Below, piece after piece: positions 1 to 10,469 of a DNA stretch of 64,000 bases. The notes under the pieces are model-generated. The model saw nothing but the letters and a program-made list of their open reading frames with translations, searched no databases and was not told the origin of the DNA. Source of the DNA: an uncultured bacterium (GTDB taxonomy: Bacteria > Patescibacteriota > Minisyncoccia > Phycocordibacterales > Phycocordibacteraceae); the NCBI GenBank assembly GCA_947085985.1, contig CAMTYL010000003.1, positions 362,108 through 426,107 on the forward strand. The letters run 5' to 3'. Position 1 is the stretch's first letter; each line of letters opens with the position of its first letter. The translations under genes and the position numbers were made by a program.

Positions 1-937
<937 letters not shown>

Positions 938-1119
938 AAGTAAAAGTGCTCTTAAGAAGTTACTAAGTAAGAAAGCTTATGATACAGCGTTATGCGATCG
1001 TGCGCCCGTGGGTCCCCTTTCGGCCTGCGAAAAGTTATCCACAGGTCGCACCGTGCCGATATATTACAAAACACCCCCATTTTGCGTCAACACTTCCACC
1101 ATTACCTTCCTAACCTCTC

Positions 1120-1274
1120 GCAAGGTAATGGACGAATTTTGAGCGTACGGAGCGCGCCAGAAGCTCTTGAGCGAAGCGATTAGAGATTCAAGTACTCTCT
1201 GGGGTGCGACGGCGCGAGTAAGAGCAAATTTTTAGCAAAAAATTATGCGGCTCAAAATTTGTCCATTACCTTGC
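1120..1274. repeat. MITE-like palindromic element with 25-bp terminal inverted repeats
   Basis: GCAAGGTAATGGACGAATTTTGAGC (1120-1144) and GCTCAAAATTTGTCCATTACCTTGC (1250-1274) match at 24/25 as an inverted repeat; non-coding interior. Confidence 0.7.
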
Positions 1275-1309
1275 CCACCCTCCACTCTCGTGCTACCCTA
1301 CGGGCACAG

Positions 1310-1540
1310 ATGGAAACGCTAAAGGCAGCCCTGCCATACATTGAGATTACGCTTTCCCTACTCCTTATCGTCGGTATCGTGCTTCAGCAGCGCGGTGCCA
1401 ACCTAGGAGGGGCCTTCGGTGGCGATAACTTCGCCTCCACTTTCTACAAGCGCCGTGGCGCCGAGAAGTTCCTATTCCTTGCAACGATTGTTGTGGCGAT
1501 TCTCTTTGTGCTTTCGGCTGTCGCAGGCTTCCTGCTCTAA
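1310..1540 (+). CDS. secG: Preprotein translocase subunit SecG
   Basis: Two TM segments around LQQRGANLGGAFGG...RRGAEKFL; likely start ATG 1310. Confidence 0.92.
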   Translation: METLKAALPYIEITLSLLLIVGIVLQQRGANLGGAFGGDNFASTFYKRRGAEKFLFLATIVVAILFVLSAVAGFLL

Positions 1541-1574
1541 GGCGCGGCCATTGGCCGCCCCACCCTTTTCATTC

Positions 1575-3302
1575 ATGAATGTATCGCGTTTCTTACGCTT
1601 TCTTACTCCACTTATGACTTCAGGCATGCGACCGTTTGTTCGGTTGCATGGGTATGTTCGTTCCCTTCCTCCGGGAGACCGCTTTATCGCAAGTGTGCTG
1701 GCGCTACTTGTGCTTGTGGCAAGTGTACTGGCGTTGTTCTCACTTGTGCGTTCACAGCTTGTAGAGGTTCCTGCTCATGGAGGAGTGCTTACTGAGGGCA
1801 TCCTTGGTTCTCCACGATTCGTGAATCCCCTGCTAGCCCTCAGTGATGCCGATCGCGACGTAACCGCGCTCACTTTTGCTGGGCTTATGGGAATCGGGAA
1901 AGATGGTGCGCTCGTGCCTGTGTTAGCTAGTGGCTACACGGTATCTGATGACGGGCTTGTATATACCTTCACGCTCAGAGATACCGCTAAATTCTCAGAC
2001 GGTACTTCAGTGACTGCAGAAGACGTGGCCTTTACGGTGCAGAAGGCGCAGGACCCCGCCCTAAAGAGCCCAGAGTACTCAAACTGGGTAAGTATTCGTG
2101 CAGAAGTGATAGATGCGCGCACCGTGCAGTTCACACTGCCTAAACCATACGCACCATTTCTTGCCGAAACAACACTTGGCGTCCTGCCGTCTAGGCTGTG
2201 GCGCAACGTGCCAAACGATCAATTCCCCTTCTCCCCTCTCATGCAGCGCCCTGTGGGTGCCGGCCCATTCAAGGTGGTGAAAGTGGTGACTGACAGTAAG
2301 GGAGCAGTATCTGAGTACGACCTTTCAGCTCACAAGGGCTTTGCACTTGGTCGCCCCTATTTGAACGAAATCCGCGTTCGCTTCTTTCAGACCACAACAC
2401 TGCTCCAAGGTGCATACCGCAGCGGGCGTATTGATAGTGCGTATGGCATAGATGCTCCAGGTGCTCTACGTGCGCCCTATTCCCGAGTATTTGGTATTTT
2501 CTTTAACAAAAAGGAAGAGCCTGCATTTGCTCGCCTTGAAGTGCGCAAGGCTCTTTCCATTGCGATAAATCGCGACCACATCGTACAAAACTTGCTTGGC
2601 GGGTACGCTACCGCGCTCATTGGTCCGGTGTCTTCTGGTAACGGTGTAGTGCCTCCGACCCTCCCTCCTGTTGAGACACGTACAGAAGACGCAAAGGCCC
2701 TACTCACGTCGGGCGGATGGAAGTATGACGAGGAGTCCGCAGTCTGGAGAAATGAAAAAGAGAAACTGTCACTTGCTGCTATTACTATTCGCACATCAAA
2801 CGTGCCTGAGCTTAAGCTTGTAGCCGAAGCAGTTCAAAGTGACTGGCAAGCCCTTGGAGTTCCCACACAGTTAGAGCTATACGAGCCAGGCGACCTAACA
2901 AAGGATGTTATCCGTCCTCGTGCCTATGCTGCACTGCTCTTTGGTATGGTGGTGGGTCGCGAGCAGGACTTGTACGCGTTTTGGGACTCCAAGGAGCAAG
3001 CTAACCCTGGCCTCAATATCGCGTCCTACGCCAACAGCTCGGTAGATATCCTCCTAGAGCGCGCACGTTCAACCAGCGACCAGGCAAAGAGTATCGGGTA
3101 CTTGCAGAGCGCAAGCGACAAGATTGCGTCTGACTACCCCGCGGCCTTTACGCATGCCCCTGACTTCCTGTATGCTGTACCTAAGACCCTATACGGCGTC
3201 ATGCTTCCGCAGATTGCCGCACCTGCAGACCGATTCGCGACCGTAGCAACCTGGTACAAGGAGCGTGCGTACGTCTGGCCGTTTCTCGTGCAAAGTCATT
3301 AG
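1575..3302 (+). CDS. Peptide ABC transporter substrate-binding protein (SBP family 5)
   Basis: N-terminal TM anchor; YTFTLR..AKFSDG..VTAEDVAFT and GAGPFK motifs; start chosen at ATG 1575. Confidence 0.9.
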   Translation: MNVSRFLRFLTPLMTSGMRPFVRLHGYVRSLPPGDRFIASVLALLVLVASVLALFSLVRSQLVEVPAHGGVLTEGILGSPRFVNPLLALSDADRDVTALTFAGLMGIGKDGALVPVLASGYTVSDDGLVYTFTLRDTAKFSDGTSVTAEDVAFTVQKAQDPALKSPEYSNWVSIRAEVIDARTVQFTLPKPYAPFLAETTLGVLPSRLWRNVPNDQFPFSPLMQRPVGAGPFKVVKVVTDSKGAVSEYDLSAHKGFALGRPYLNEIRVRFFQTTTLLQGAYRSGRIDSAYGIDAPGALRAPYSRVFGIFFNKKEEPAFARLEVRKALSIAINRDHIVQNLLGGYATALIGPVSSGNGVVPPTLPPVETRTEDAKALLTSGGWKYDEESAVWRNEKEKLSLAAITIRTSNVPELKLVAEAVQSDWQALGVPTQLELYEPGDLTKDVIRPRAYAALLFGMVVGREQDLYAFWDSKEQANPGLNIASYANSSVDILLERARSTSDQAKSIGYLQSASDKIASDYPAAFTHAPDFLYAVPKTLYGVMLPQIAAPADRFATVATWYKERAYVWPFLVQSH

Positions 3303-3416
3303 CCTTTGGCTCATGTGTCCCTGCCCTACGTGGAGCAAGGATTCCGGGGCTAGCGTCTAGTGACTCATGCAGAGCCATTACAAATGAACATATTTAGCAA
3401 CTAACACTAAGACACT

Positions 3417-5360
3417 ATGTCATCAGCACCAGCGCCTGCTCCTGCGCCAGGATTCCGAAAAGAGGAATCCTCGCAGGCAGCGGCACCCACCACCCCAAGC
3501 GGTAGCAACGGCAGGCCTCGCGGCACTCGCGGCGGTCGCGGACGCGGCGGTCAGGGACGCGCAGGCGACCGTGGACCGCGTAGCAGCGGCGGACGCCCTA
3601 TGCGCAGCGGAGGCGGTCGTCCGCAAGGAGGACAAGGCGCCCAAAAGAGCGACAAGAACAAGCCCGATTACCTTCCGGCACCGTGTGACGAGAAGACCGT
3701 GCGTATTGTGCCGCTTGGCGGCGTGGAGGAAGTAGGCCGCAACATGTTTGCGATTGAGACCAAGGACGACATCTTTGTATGTGATGCCGGGTTCCAGTTC
3801 GTACCAGGAGGAACTAATCCTGGTGTGGACTACATCCTTCCCAACACTCGCTACCTAGAAGCAAATCAGGACCGCGTACGCGCCGTCTTTATTACCCACG
3901 GCCACCTAGACCACATTGGCGGCATTCCCTTTCTGATGGGCCGTTTTGGCAATCCGCCTATCTACACGCAGAACCTTACGTCAGTAATGATTCTGAAGCG
4001 TCAGGAGGAGTACCCAGACATGCCCGCACTTGATGTGCGTGTGGTAGAGCCAGGCTCCACCGTCACCGTAGGCAGCTCTCGCGTTAAGTTCTTCCCCGTC
4101 ACCCACTCTATTCCAGACTCTATGGGTCTCTCGGTAGAGACTCCCTGGGGCAACGTGGTCGTGACCGGAGACTTGAAGCTTGATCACGAGGGTGGCATCC
4201 CAGCCGACCACGAGCAGAAGAAGTGGGCGTCCCTTGGACAAGGCAACAACCTCTTTTTCATTGCCGACTCCACAAACGCTGAGCGCGATGGATTCTCTAT
4301 TCCTGAAAGTCGTGTAAACGAAACTCTGGAGAACATTGTGCGCACGGTGCAGGGTCGCCTTATCATCGGTACCTTTGCGTCACAGTTTGAGCGCATGATT
4401 CGCATCATTCAGATTGCCGAGTCTATGGGCAAGAAGATTGTTATGGAGGGCCGCTCTATGAAGACCAACCTGGAAATCGCACAGATTACCGGACTCCTCA
4501 CTGTAAAGAAGGAGACCATCATCAGTGCGCAGGAAATCCAGGACTACCCACCAGATAAAATTGTCGTACTTGCAACAGGAGCACAGGGAGAAGAGTTTGC
4601 AGCACTTATGCGTATTGCTACCAAGCAGCACAAGAACATCATGCTCACCACTCGCGATACTGTGGTGCTTTCGTCATCCGTTATTCCGGGCAACGAAATC
4701 TCCGTGCAGAATTTGAAGGACATGTTGTACCGTAATGGCGCAACCCTCATTCACTACAAGTCTTCTGACGTGCACTCAACCGGACACGGAAACTCGGGCG
4801 AGCTCGTATGGATTAACCAGCAGGTTGGCGCAAAGTTCTTCATGCCTGCCTATGGCTACTACTCCATGACCAGCTGCCACGCAAAGGCAGTGGAGCAGGC
4901 AGGGCGCCCGCGCGACCAGATTGTGTTGGCTGACAACGGCTCCGTGATTGACCTCATTGAGGGCAAGACGATGTTCGTGCACAAGGAAAAGGTGCCGAGC
5001 GCGCCACTCGTTGTAGACGGCTTCTCTATTGGCGACATTCAGGAGGTAGTTATCCGCGATCGCCAGGCGCTCGCAAAGGACGGCATGTTTGTCATCATTG
5101 CGACGGTAAACCTAAAGACCGGAAAGCTTCGCAAGAGCCCCGACATCATTAGTCGCGGATTCATCTACCTGCGTGAAAACCAGGAGATGCTGAACCAGGC
5201 ACGTCTTCTCATCAAAAAGACAGTGGAGGACACTACCGAAGGCATGAACCCGGTAGACCTTGATTACGTAAAGAACGCGCTGTCAGACACCATGGCGGGC
5301 TATCTATTCACTCGCACGAATAAGGCACCGATGGTCATTCCTGTATTGATTGGGGTGTAA
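3417..5360 (+). CDS. rnj: Ribonuclease J with long RG-rich N-terminal extension
   Basis: PLGGVEEVGRN, THGHLDHIGG, HSIPD, DSTNA and VHSTGHG beta-CASP motifs. Confidence 0.96.
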   Translation: MSSAPAPAPAPGFRKEESSQAAAPTTPSGSNGRPRGTRGGRGRGGQGRAGDRGPRSSGGRPMRSGGGRPQGGQGAQKSDKNKPDYLPAPCDEKTVRIVPLGGVEEVGRNMFAIETKDDIFVCDAGFQFVPGGTNPGVDYILPNTRYLEANQDRVRAVFITHGHLDHIGGIPFLMGRFGNPPIYTQNLTSVMILKRQEEYPDMPALDVRVVEPGSTVTVGSSRVKFFPVTHSIPDSMGLSVETPWGNVVVTGDLKLDHEGGIPADHEQKKWASLGQGNNLFFIADSTNAERDGFSIPESRVNETLENIVRTVQGRLIIGTFASQFERMIRIIQIAESMGKKIVMEGRSMKTNLEIAQITGLLTVKKETIISAQEIQDYPPDKIVVLATGAQGEEFAALMRIATKQHKNIMLTTRDTVVLSSSVIPGNEISVQNLKDMLYRNGATLIHYKSSDVHSTGHGNSGELVWINQQVGAKFFMPAYGYYSMTSCHAKAVEQAGRPRDQIVLADNGSVIDLIEGKTMFVHKEKVPSAPLVVDGFSIGDIQEVVIRDRQALAKDGMFVIIATVNLKTGKLRKSPDIISRGFIYLRENQEMLNQARLLIKKTVEDTTEGMNPVDLDYVKNALSDTMAGYLFTRTNKAPMVIPVLIGV

Positions 5361-5519
5361 GTAAGAGCCGTCAAAAGTCTCCAGCTACTTCGTTGCAGGA
5401 CCCACTGGTTTCTTCCGCCGTACTTCTAGTACGTCTCCAGAAATCAGTTTCCCGCGCCTCGTATCTGAAACCTTTTGACTAGGCTCTCCACCTCCGACCA
5501 GAGCAGGTACCTGTTCTAC

Positions 5520-5556
5520 GCAATCAGCCGCACTAATCGTGCGGCTGATTGCTTTT
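5520..5556 (+). terminator. Intrinsic terminator-like hairpin
   Basis: GCAATCAGCCGCAC-TAATC-GTGCGGCTGATTGC (14-bp stem) followed by TTTT, downstream of rnj. Confidence 0.65.
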
Positions 5557-5607
5557 ATCGTGCAGTGCGGTACTGTGCTGCCAGAGAACATTTTGGGAGC
5601 TATTCAC

Positions 5608-5892
5608 ATGACGAAGCCACGGGTTGCTATTCGGGGGTACCGAGGCCAAAAAGGGTCCGAACGTGCTGTCGCCGTAAAGGACGCAGGAAATGTAAACGAT
5701 CTGGTTGTTTTGGCTTTCGGAAGGAAGCCAGGCTACAGAACCCTGAACCGAGGTCGGCCAGTGCCACTATCCAGTGAGCGCAAAACTACGCGTCACGGAA
5801 TCCTCGCAACTTATGTTACGCTCTCTCGCGAGGGAGCGCTCGCTCTGCATGAGGCCTTGGACGAGTTTCTCTTCGGGGAAGGCTCGGGCTAG
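5608..5892 (+). CDS. Hypothetical protein
   Basis: ATG 5608 preceded by GGAG; followed by a hairpin (GCGGGTG-GAAA-CACCCGC); no recognised family. Confidence 0.55.
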   Translation: MTKPRVAIRGYRGQKGSERAVAVKDAGNVNDLVVLAFGRKPGYRTLNRGRPVPLSSERKTTRHGILATYVTLSREGALALHEALDEFLFGEGSG

Positions 5893-5989
5893 CGCAGTCG
5901 GGCAACAGGACGCAAAGCGGCGGGTGGAAACACCCGCCGTTGTCTATTTCCGAGCAGACTGGAGCGAGCGGTTCAACACCATGCGCTAA

Positions 5990-6110
5990 ACCGGAAGCAG
6001 TCAGTGGTGCACGGAGCGCGTAAGAGAAAGTGATTTAGCAAAGCGCTCTTCGCTTTCTCTTCACGAGAGCGACAATGCACCACGACGCCCTGACGGACGG
6101 GCTGTGCATG
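5990..6110. repeat. Nested palindromic intergenic element
   Basis: Stems GTGGTGCA/TGCACCAC and AAGAGAAAG/CTTTCTCTT; shares CGGAGCGCG and GTAAGAG...TTTAGCAAA words with the 1120-1274 element. Confidence 0.45.
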
Positions 6111-6148
6111 GATTTGAACTGCGAGCGGAATGCTACAATTTGAAATAA

Positions 6149-7306
6149 ATGCACCCGAAGCGTGTTCTCTACATCGGCAACTTCTTTGCTGCCATGCACT
6201 TCTTTTTGATTGTGTATGTGATTGGTCCATATCTTTCAACCTTCCTACCTGACAATCAGACAGGCCTCGTCGTTGCAGCAGGTGCAGTGGGCACACTCAT
6301 CATGTTTCCGTTCATGCCGCGCATCGCTGGGCACTTTGGTGTGCGCAAGACAGCCATTGCTGTGGCGAGCCTTATTGCGGTTGCGCTCATGGTCCTTGCG
6401 GGCCAGCCACCCTTTTGGATTGCCGCATTTTGTTTGGCGCTGGTGTGTGGCACCACGCCCTTTATTCAGTACCTGCTAGACCTTCTGCTTGAGGCGGCTA
6501 GTACCGACAGTACCCAGATTGGCCGCATACGCACGCTTTTCATTACTTCGGGGAACGTTGCCCTTATTTCCGCTCCGCTTATTATCGCTTTTTTGCTTGG
6601 CGACACGAGCGAGTATTGGCGGGTATTTTTGGTAGCCTCTCTTTCTCTTACTCCTTTCATTACCCTCTTTCTATTTGAGCAGCTTCCAGAGCACCCGCCC
6701 ACTCACCGAGCAAAGCTTCTCGATAGTTGTAGGTGCCTGCTGGAACGAGCCGACGTACGCGCCTCCATTTTTGCAAATGGCGTGCTCCAATTTTTCTATC
6801 ACCTAGCACCTCTCTATATCCCTCTCTATTTGCACGGCGTGCTTGGGATTCCGTGGTCAGAGCTCGGGTGGATGTTTGCGGTAATGCTCCTTCCCTTTGT
6901 CCTTATTGAGTACCCCGCAGGCTACATTGCTGACCGTTGGCTTGGGGAAAAGGAAATCCTTATGGCGGGATTTGCTATCACAGGAGTGTCGTTCGCAGCG
7001 CTCGCGTTTGTGTCTACTACGACACCGCTTATGGTACTTCTTACCATTCTTATTGCTACCCGTATCGGCAGCGCACTTGTGGAAGCGATGGTGGACGGAC
7101 ACTTCTTTAAACGGGTTACGACAGAGGATGCAAACACCACCACCCTCTATCGTATGACGCGCCCGGTGTCAGCACTTATCGCCCCACTGTCTGCAAGCTT
7201 GTTGCTGCTACTTACTGGTAGCTACGTCGTCTTCTTTATCACTATGGGCGCACTGCTCCTTGTACTTGGTCTTGGTTGCAGCTATTTCATCAAGGACGAC
7301 CGCTAA
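6149..7306 (+). CDS. MFS transporter
   Basis: About 12 hydrophobic segments; G-x-IADRWLG MFS loop motif. Confidence 0.88.
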   Translation: MHPKRVLYIGNFFAAMHFFLIVYVIGPYLSTFLPDNQTGLVVAAGAVGTLIMFPFMPRIAGHFGVRKTAIAVASLIAVALMVLAGQPPFWIAAFCLALVCGTTPFIQYLLDLLLEAASTDSTQIGRIRTLFITSGNVALISAPLIIAFLLGDTSEYWRVFLVASLSLTPFITLFLFEQLPEHPPTHRAKLLDSCRCLLERADVRASIFANGVLQFFYHLAPLYIPLYLHGVLGIPWSELGWMFAVMLLPFVLIEYPAGYIADRWLGEKEILMAGFAITGVSFAALAFVSTTTPLMVLLTILIATRIGSALVEAMVDGHFFKRVTTEDANTTTLYRMTRPVSALIAPLSASLLLLLTGSYVVFFITMGALLLVLGLGCSYFIKDDR

Positions 7307-7322
7307 CTCCACTACTATTCTG

Positions 7323-7360
7323 AAATTCAAACACTACCATATATGGTAGTGTTTGAATTT
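7323..7360. repeat. Perfect 38-bp palindrome, core ACTACCATATATGGTAGT (copy 1)
   Basis: AAATTCAAACACTACCATA|TATGGTAGTGTTTGAATTT between convergent genes. Confidence 0.9.
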
Positions 7361-8255
7361 AGTTTGGCAGTTCAAATGTTCTGCCTCTTCGCATAATTAG
7401 TTTTTCTGCGACGAGCTTTTGCATCTGCTCTTCAACTTGCTCTCTTCGGTCTGCTTCAAAGAGAGAAAGTAGTTTTGTGCGAGTGGCACCGCCCTGTGTG
7501 AGAGTGCGTAGAATCGCACCTCGCACTTCTCTTCCGGAGCCCTTAAATGCTGACTGCTTTGTGTACCCTTTTGCGCGTGCGTTTATACGTACTCCAGAGC
7601 GCTTCAGGTGTGCGCCATAGTCCATGAGCGCCGCGTACCACTCTCTCGCCTTCCCGTTCGGGTGCATTTCTTTCAGAATAGAGAGTATTTGTGCGTCATC
7701 AACAGAATCCGAAATACTACCATATATGGTAGTATTTCGGATTCTGTTTTCTTTGCCAGTTACGGACGCTGGGAAGAAGTGGTGTGTGATTGCTGTGCGG
7801 ATATTGGTTTCTATAAATATGCCGTCTTGGTTGTAGGCAAACGCGGCCACTGCGCCCGCGGTGTAGGGGCCAATTCCAGGAAGTTTTTGAAGCTCGGCAG
7901 CACTTCCCGGAAATACAAGGTTCAACCTTGTATTTTTTGAAGCTGTATATACAGGCTGGTGTGACAGTATATATTTGGCAGCCTCGTGGAGCATCTTGGC
8001 TCTCCGGTTGTATCCAAGTCCCTGCCAAAGCTTGAGCACTTCAGAAAGAGGCGCCTCCGCGAGTGTCTTCACATTCGGAAACTGCTTCAGAAAGGTTCTG
8101 TAGTACGGTATTACCCGTTCAACTTGTGTCTGCTGAAGCATGACCTCCGACACCAGTATCTTGTATGGGTCGGAAGTCTTCCTCCACGGCAAATCATGAC
8201 GGCCATGTTCCTTCCAGTACTTCCAGACAGTTGCTCTAAACGTCTGTGCTTTCAT
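7359..8255 (-). CDS. mutY: A/G-specific adenine glycosylase (HhH-GPD), short form with palindromic in-frame insertions
   Basis: RHDLPWR, VSEVMLQQTQV, WQGLGYNRRA, LPGIGPYTA and ALMDYG motifs; no 4Fe-4S cysteines visible. Confidence 0.92.
   Translation of the reverse strand: MKAQTFRATVWKYWKEHGRHDLPWRKTSDPYKILVSEVMLQQTQVERVIPYYRTFLKQFPNVKTLAEAPLSEVLKLWQGLGYNRRAKMLHEAAKYILSHQPVYTASKNTRLNLVFPGSAAELQKLPGIGPYTAGAVAAFAYNQDGIFIETNIRTAITHHFFPASVTGKENRIRNTTIYGSISDSVDDAQILSILKEMHPNGKAREWYAALMDYGAHLKRSGVRINARAKGYTKQSAFKGSGREVRGAILRTLTQGGATRTKLLSLFEADRREQVEEQMQKLVAEKLIMRRGRTFELPN
7701..7748. repeat. Perfect 48-bp palindrome, core ACTACCATATATGGTAGT (copy 2), inside mutY
   Basis: AACAGAATCCGAAATACTACCATA|TATGGTAGTATTTCGGATTCTGTT = 16 codons (NRIRNTTIYGSISDSV). 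Confidence 0.9.
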
Positions 8256-8469
8256 CCACTACCCTTGAAGGGGTGATGTGGGGAGCCATTGGAATAATGA
8301 GAATCGCAAAGAAGTAGCAGACAACCCCAGGCACGAGTCCTGTGAAGATTGTCAGTGCGAGATAAAAAAGACGGATAAGGACTGGGTCTACGTCAAAATA
8401 TTCGCCAATACCGCCACACACACCAGCGAGCACCTTATTATCCTTGCTTCGGTAGAGTCGTTTTATCAT
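8236..8469 (-). CDS. PspC domain protein
   Basis: KRLYRS..NKVLAGVCGGIGEYFDVDPVLIRL signature; start at ATG 8469. Confidence 0.92.
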   Translation of the reverse strand: MIKRLYRSKDNKVLAGVCGGIGEYFDVDPVLIRLFYLALTIFTGLVPGVVCYFFAILIIPMAPHITPSRVVDESTDV

Positions 8470-8544
8470 GTATACAGTATACCAAAATCTTGCCTTACGG
8501 GCAGAACCTGCTACAGTCCCTCCAGGCAAGCAAGGGAGGGACAG

Positions 8545-8823
8545 ATGCCCATTCGCCACGTGTACGAGAAAGTAAAAAAAGTCGTCCGAGATCGGGGAGA
8601 GACCTGGATTACGCTTGAAGGGAGCACGATCATTGGGCTGCCGCCCACAGCGGCTGAACAGGCCAAGCACGTCGCTCCTGGCATGAAGGCGCTCCTAGAT
8701 TTGGAGGACTGGAACCCTGAGAATGGCCTCGCTCGACTGTGGGTCTATGATCGTCACCACGAAGTCATGGCCTGCGGGATGGGCGCTAACGGCTGCTCCA
8801 TCGAGAGCCCTGTTCTTGTTTGA
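8545..8823 (+). CDS. Hypothetical protein
   Basis: ATG 8545 with upstream GGAGG; fills the gap between pspC and the HAD gene. Confidence 0.55.
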   Translation: MPIRHVYEKVKKVVRDRGETWITLEGSTIIGLPPTAAEQAKHVAPGMKALLDLEDWNPENGLARLWVYDRHHEVMACGMGANGCSIESPVLV

Positions 8824-8877
8824 GACCGGACCAAGTTCCGATGAGAAAGCCCCGCGCACTCACCGGAGCTTTCTTAT

Positions 8878-9570
8878 TTACAGCTCATAAATCACGTCCT
8901 TTTGCTCCACGACCAGCTCCCAGAGCTTTTGTTTTGCGTGGCGATACAGCACGCGGTTTGGATTGAACGCTATTGAAGACTCGGTCAGGTCCATCACAGA
9001 GATGTCGCTCTCGGTGGACCCCACTCCGTAGGAGCCGTTTAGGGTGAGATTGTTTTTCTTAATTGCGCGCATCAAAATAGCGCCCTTGTTCATAATCAAA
9101 TGCTCGTCCGCAATCTCACCCGAGAACCTGCCAGACGCCCCTGTTTCATAGAACACGCCATACGACTTATCAAACCCCAGCTCGTACGCAAACCCGTCCA
9201 CAATAAACTTCGGTGAGTATGAAATAGCCAGAAGGTAGTGCCCCTTCTTTTTTAACTCCTTCACCAAGTCGCGCGTGTAGTGGAAGGTGCGGTCGCGATT
9301 CGCTTCAATAATTTCTCCTGCAATGTCGGCAATCTCTCCATACGGACGTCCCTTTGCATGCACCGCAAAGGCATCAATCATTTTTCGTACGTAGGGCCCA
9401 TACTCGCCACGTTTGTTCTGCAACTCTCCCTCGTTCCCTTCGTAGAGCTTCGCCACACTCTTTGGGAACATCTCACGCTCTACCAACTCACGCAGAAGCT
9501 CTGCTAACAAAGACGAGCGGAACAGTGTGCCGTCTATATCAAATACTGCCACTGGCCGCTTCTTGTCCAT
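8878..9570 (-). CDS. HAD-IB family phosphatase/hydrolase
   Basis: FDIDGTL motif I; motif IV reads GSTESD. Confidence 0.88.
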   Translation of the reverse strand: MDKKRPVAVFDIDGTLFRSSLLAELLRELVEREMFPKSVAKLYEGNEGELQNKRGEYGPYVRKMIDAFAVHAKGRPYGEIADIAGEIIEANRDRTFHYTRDLVKELKKKGHYLLAISYSPKFIVDGFAYELGFDKSYGVFYETGASGRFSGEIADEHLIMNKGAILMRAIKKNNLTLNGSYGVGSTESDISVMDLTESSIAFNPNRVLYRHAKQKLWELVVEQKDVIYEL

Positions 9571-9776
9571 GCATCTATGGTACTCCTAAGGTGTGCAAAA
9601 AGAAAAAGCGCCGTATTCGGGCGCTTGGGTGGTGTGCAGAGCGGTCGGCCCTGGCAAGCGATCGACGACTTAACGCCTCTCATCGGAATGGCTCCTCGGC
9701 CAAACCTGTCTCGCTGCCAGGACCTATCCCACTGCTAATGCCGCTCTATTCGCGGGACTGAAACAAGCCTATCAAA

Positions 9777-10469
9777 TTACTTTGCTTTTGGCCAGCGTGT
9801 AGCAGCTGCTGGCCAGAGTTTAGTGAGGGGGTGGTCGCCACACTCGTGGGGAATGGCGGAACAGAGGTACCGACCATAGAGCACCAGGCCATTGTTTACG
9901 TACTTCCAATCCTCCTTCGGCACCAGTTGTTCTAGGTCCTTAGAAATCTTTGTGAGCTCGGTTCGGTCCGTCAGGTCAAACCGAAGAGCAAATCGCCTCA
10001 CGTGCGTGTCTGTGGGAATGCCCTCCCAGATGTAGTAGAGCTCCCCAAGCACAACGTGCGCTGTCTTGTACGCTACTCCAGGCAGACGGGTGAGCTCTTT
10101 CTCCGTACGCGGCACCTCCCCACCAAATTCTTCCAGTAACACTCGAGCGGAGCCAATCAGATAGCGCGCCTTTGATTGAAAATAGGTTATGGAGGAAATC
10201 AGCTCCATCAACTCTGACGGTTCTGCATTCGCATAGTCTTCCAGCGTTCGATACTTTGCAAAAAGCGCTGGGGTCACGGCGTTCACCTTCTTGTCAGTGC
10301 ACTGAGCTGAAAGCATGACAGATGCCACTAGCTCAAACGGAGTCGTATATACAAGCTCTGTCTTTGGTGCAGGATAGGTTCTCTTTAGATACGCGACAAT
10401 CTGCGCGGCACGCTTTCTGCGTTCTTCTTGCTTTGCGTCAGGAAATAGCTCAGGAAAGTGCTTTGACAT
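9777..10469 (-). CDS. nth: Endonuclease III
   Basis: PFELVASVMLSAQCTDKKVN, LPGVAYKTA and PTDTHVRR motifs. Confidence 0.93.
   Translation of the reverse strand: MSKHFPELFPDAKQEERRKRAAQIVAYLKRTYPAPKTELVYTTPFELVASVMLSAQCTDKKVNAVTPALFAKYRTLEDYANAEPSELMELISSITYFQSKARYLIGSARVLLEEFGGEVPRTEKELTRLPGVAYKTAHVVLGELYYIWEGIPTDTHVRRFALRFDLTDRTELTKISKDLEQLVPKEDWKYVNNGLVLYGRYLCSAIPHECGDHPLTKLWPAAATRWPKAK

Noticed and set aside
938-1000. CIRCE/HrcA operator upstream of groES
   Set aside because: No TTAGCACTC-N9-GAGTGCTAA match.
1035-1043. Perfect DnaA box TTATCCACA
   Set aside because: Single copy with no box cluster, AT-rich unwinding element or dnaA nearby, so it is insufficient for oriC.
9000-9030. HAD motif IV reads GSTESD instead of GD
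   Set aside because: A single substitution with motif I intact is too weak to claim inactivation or novelty.
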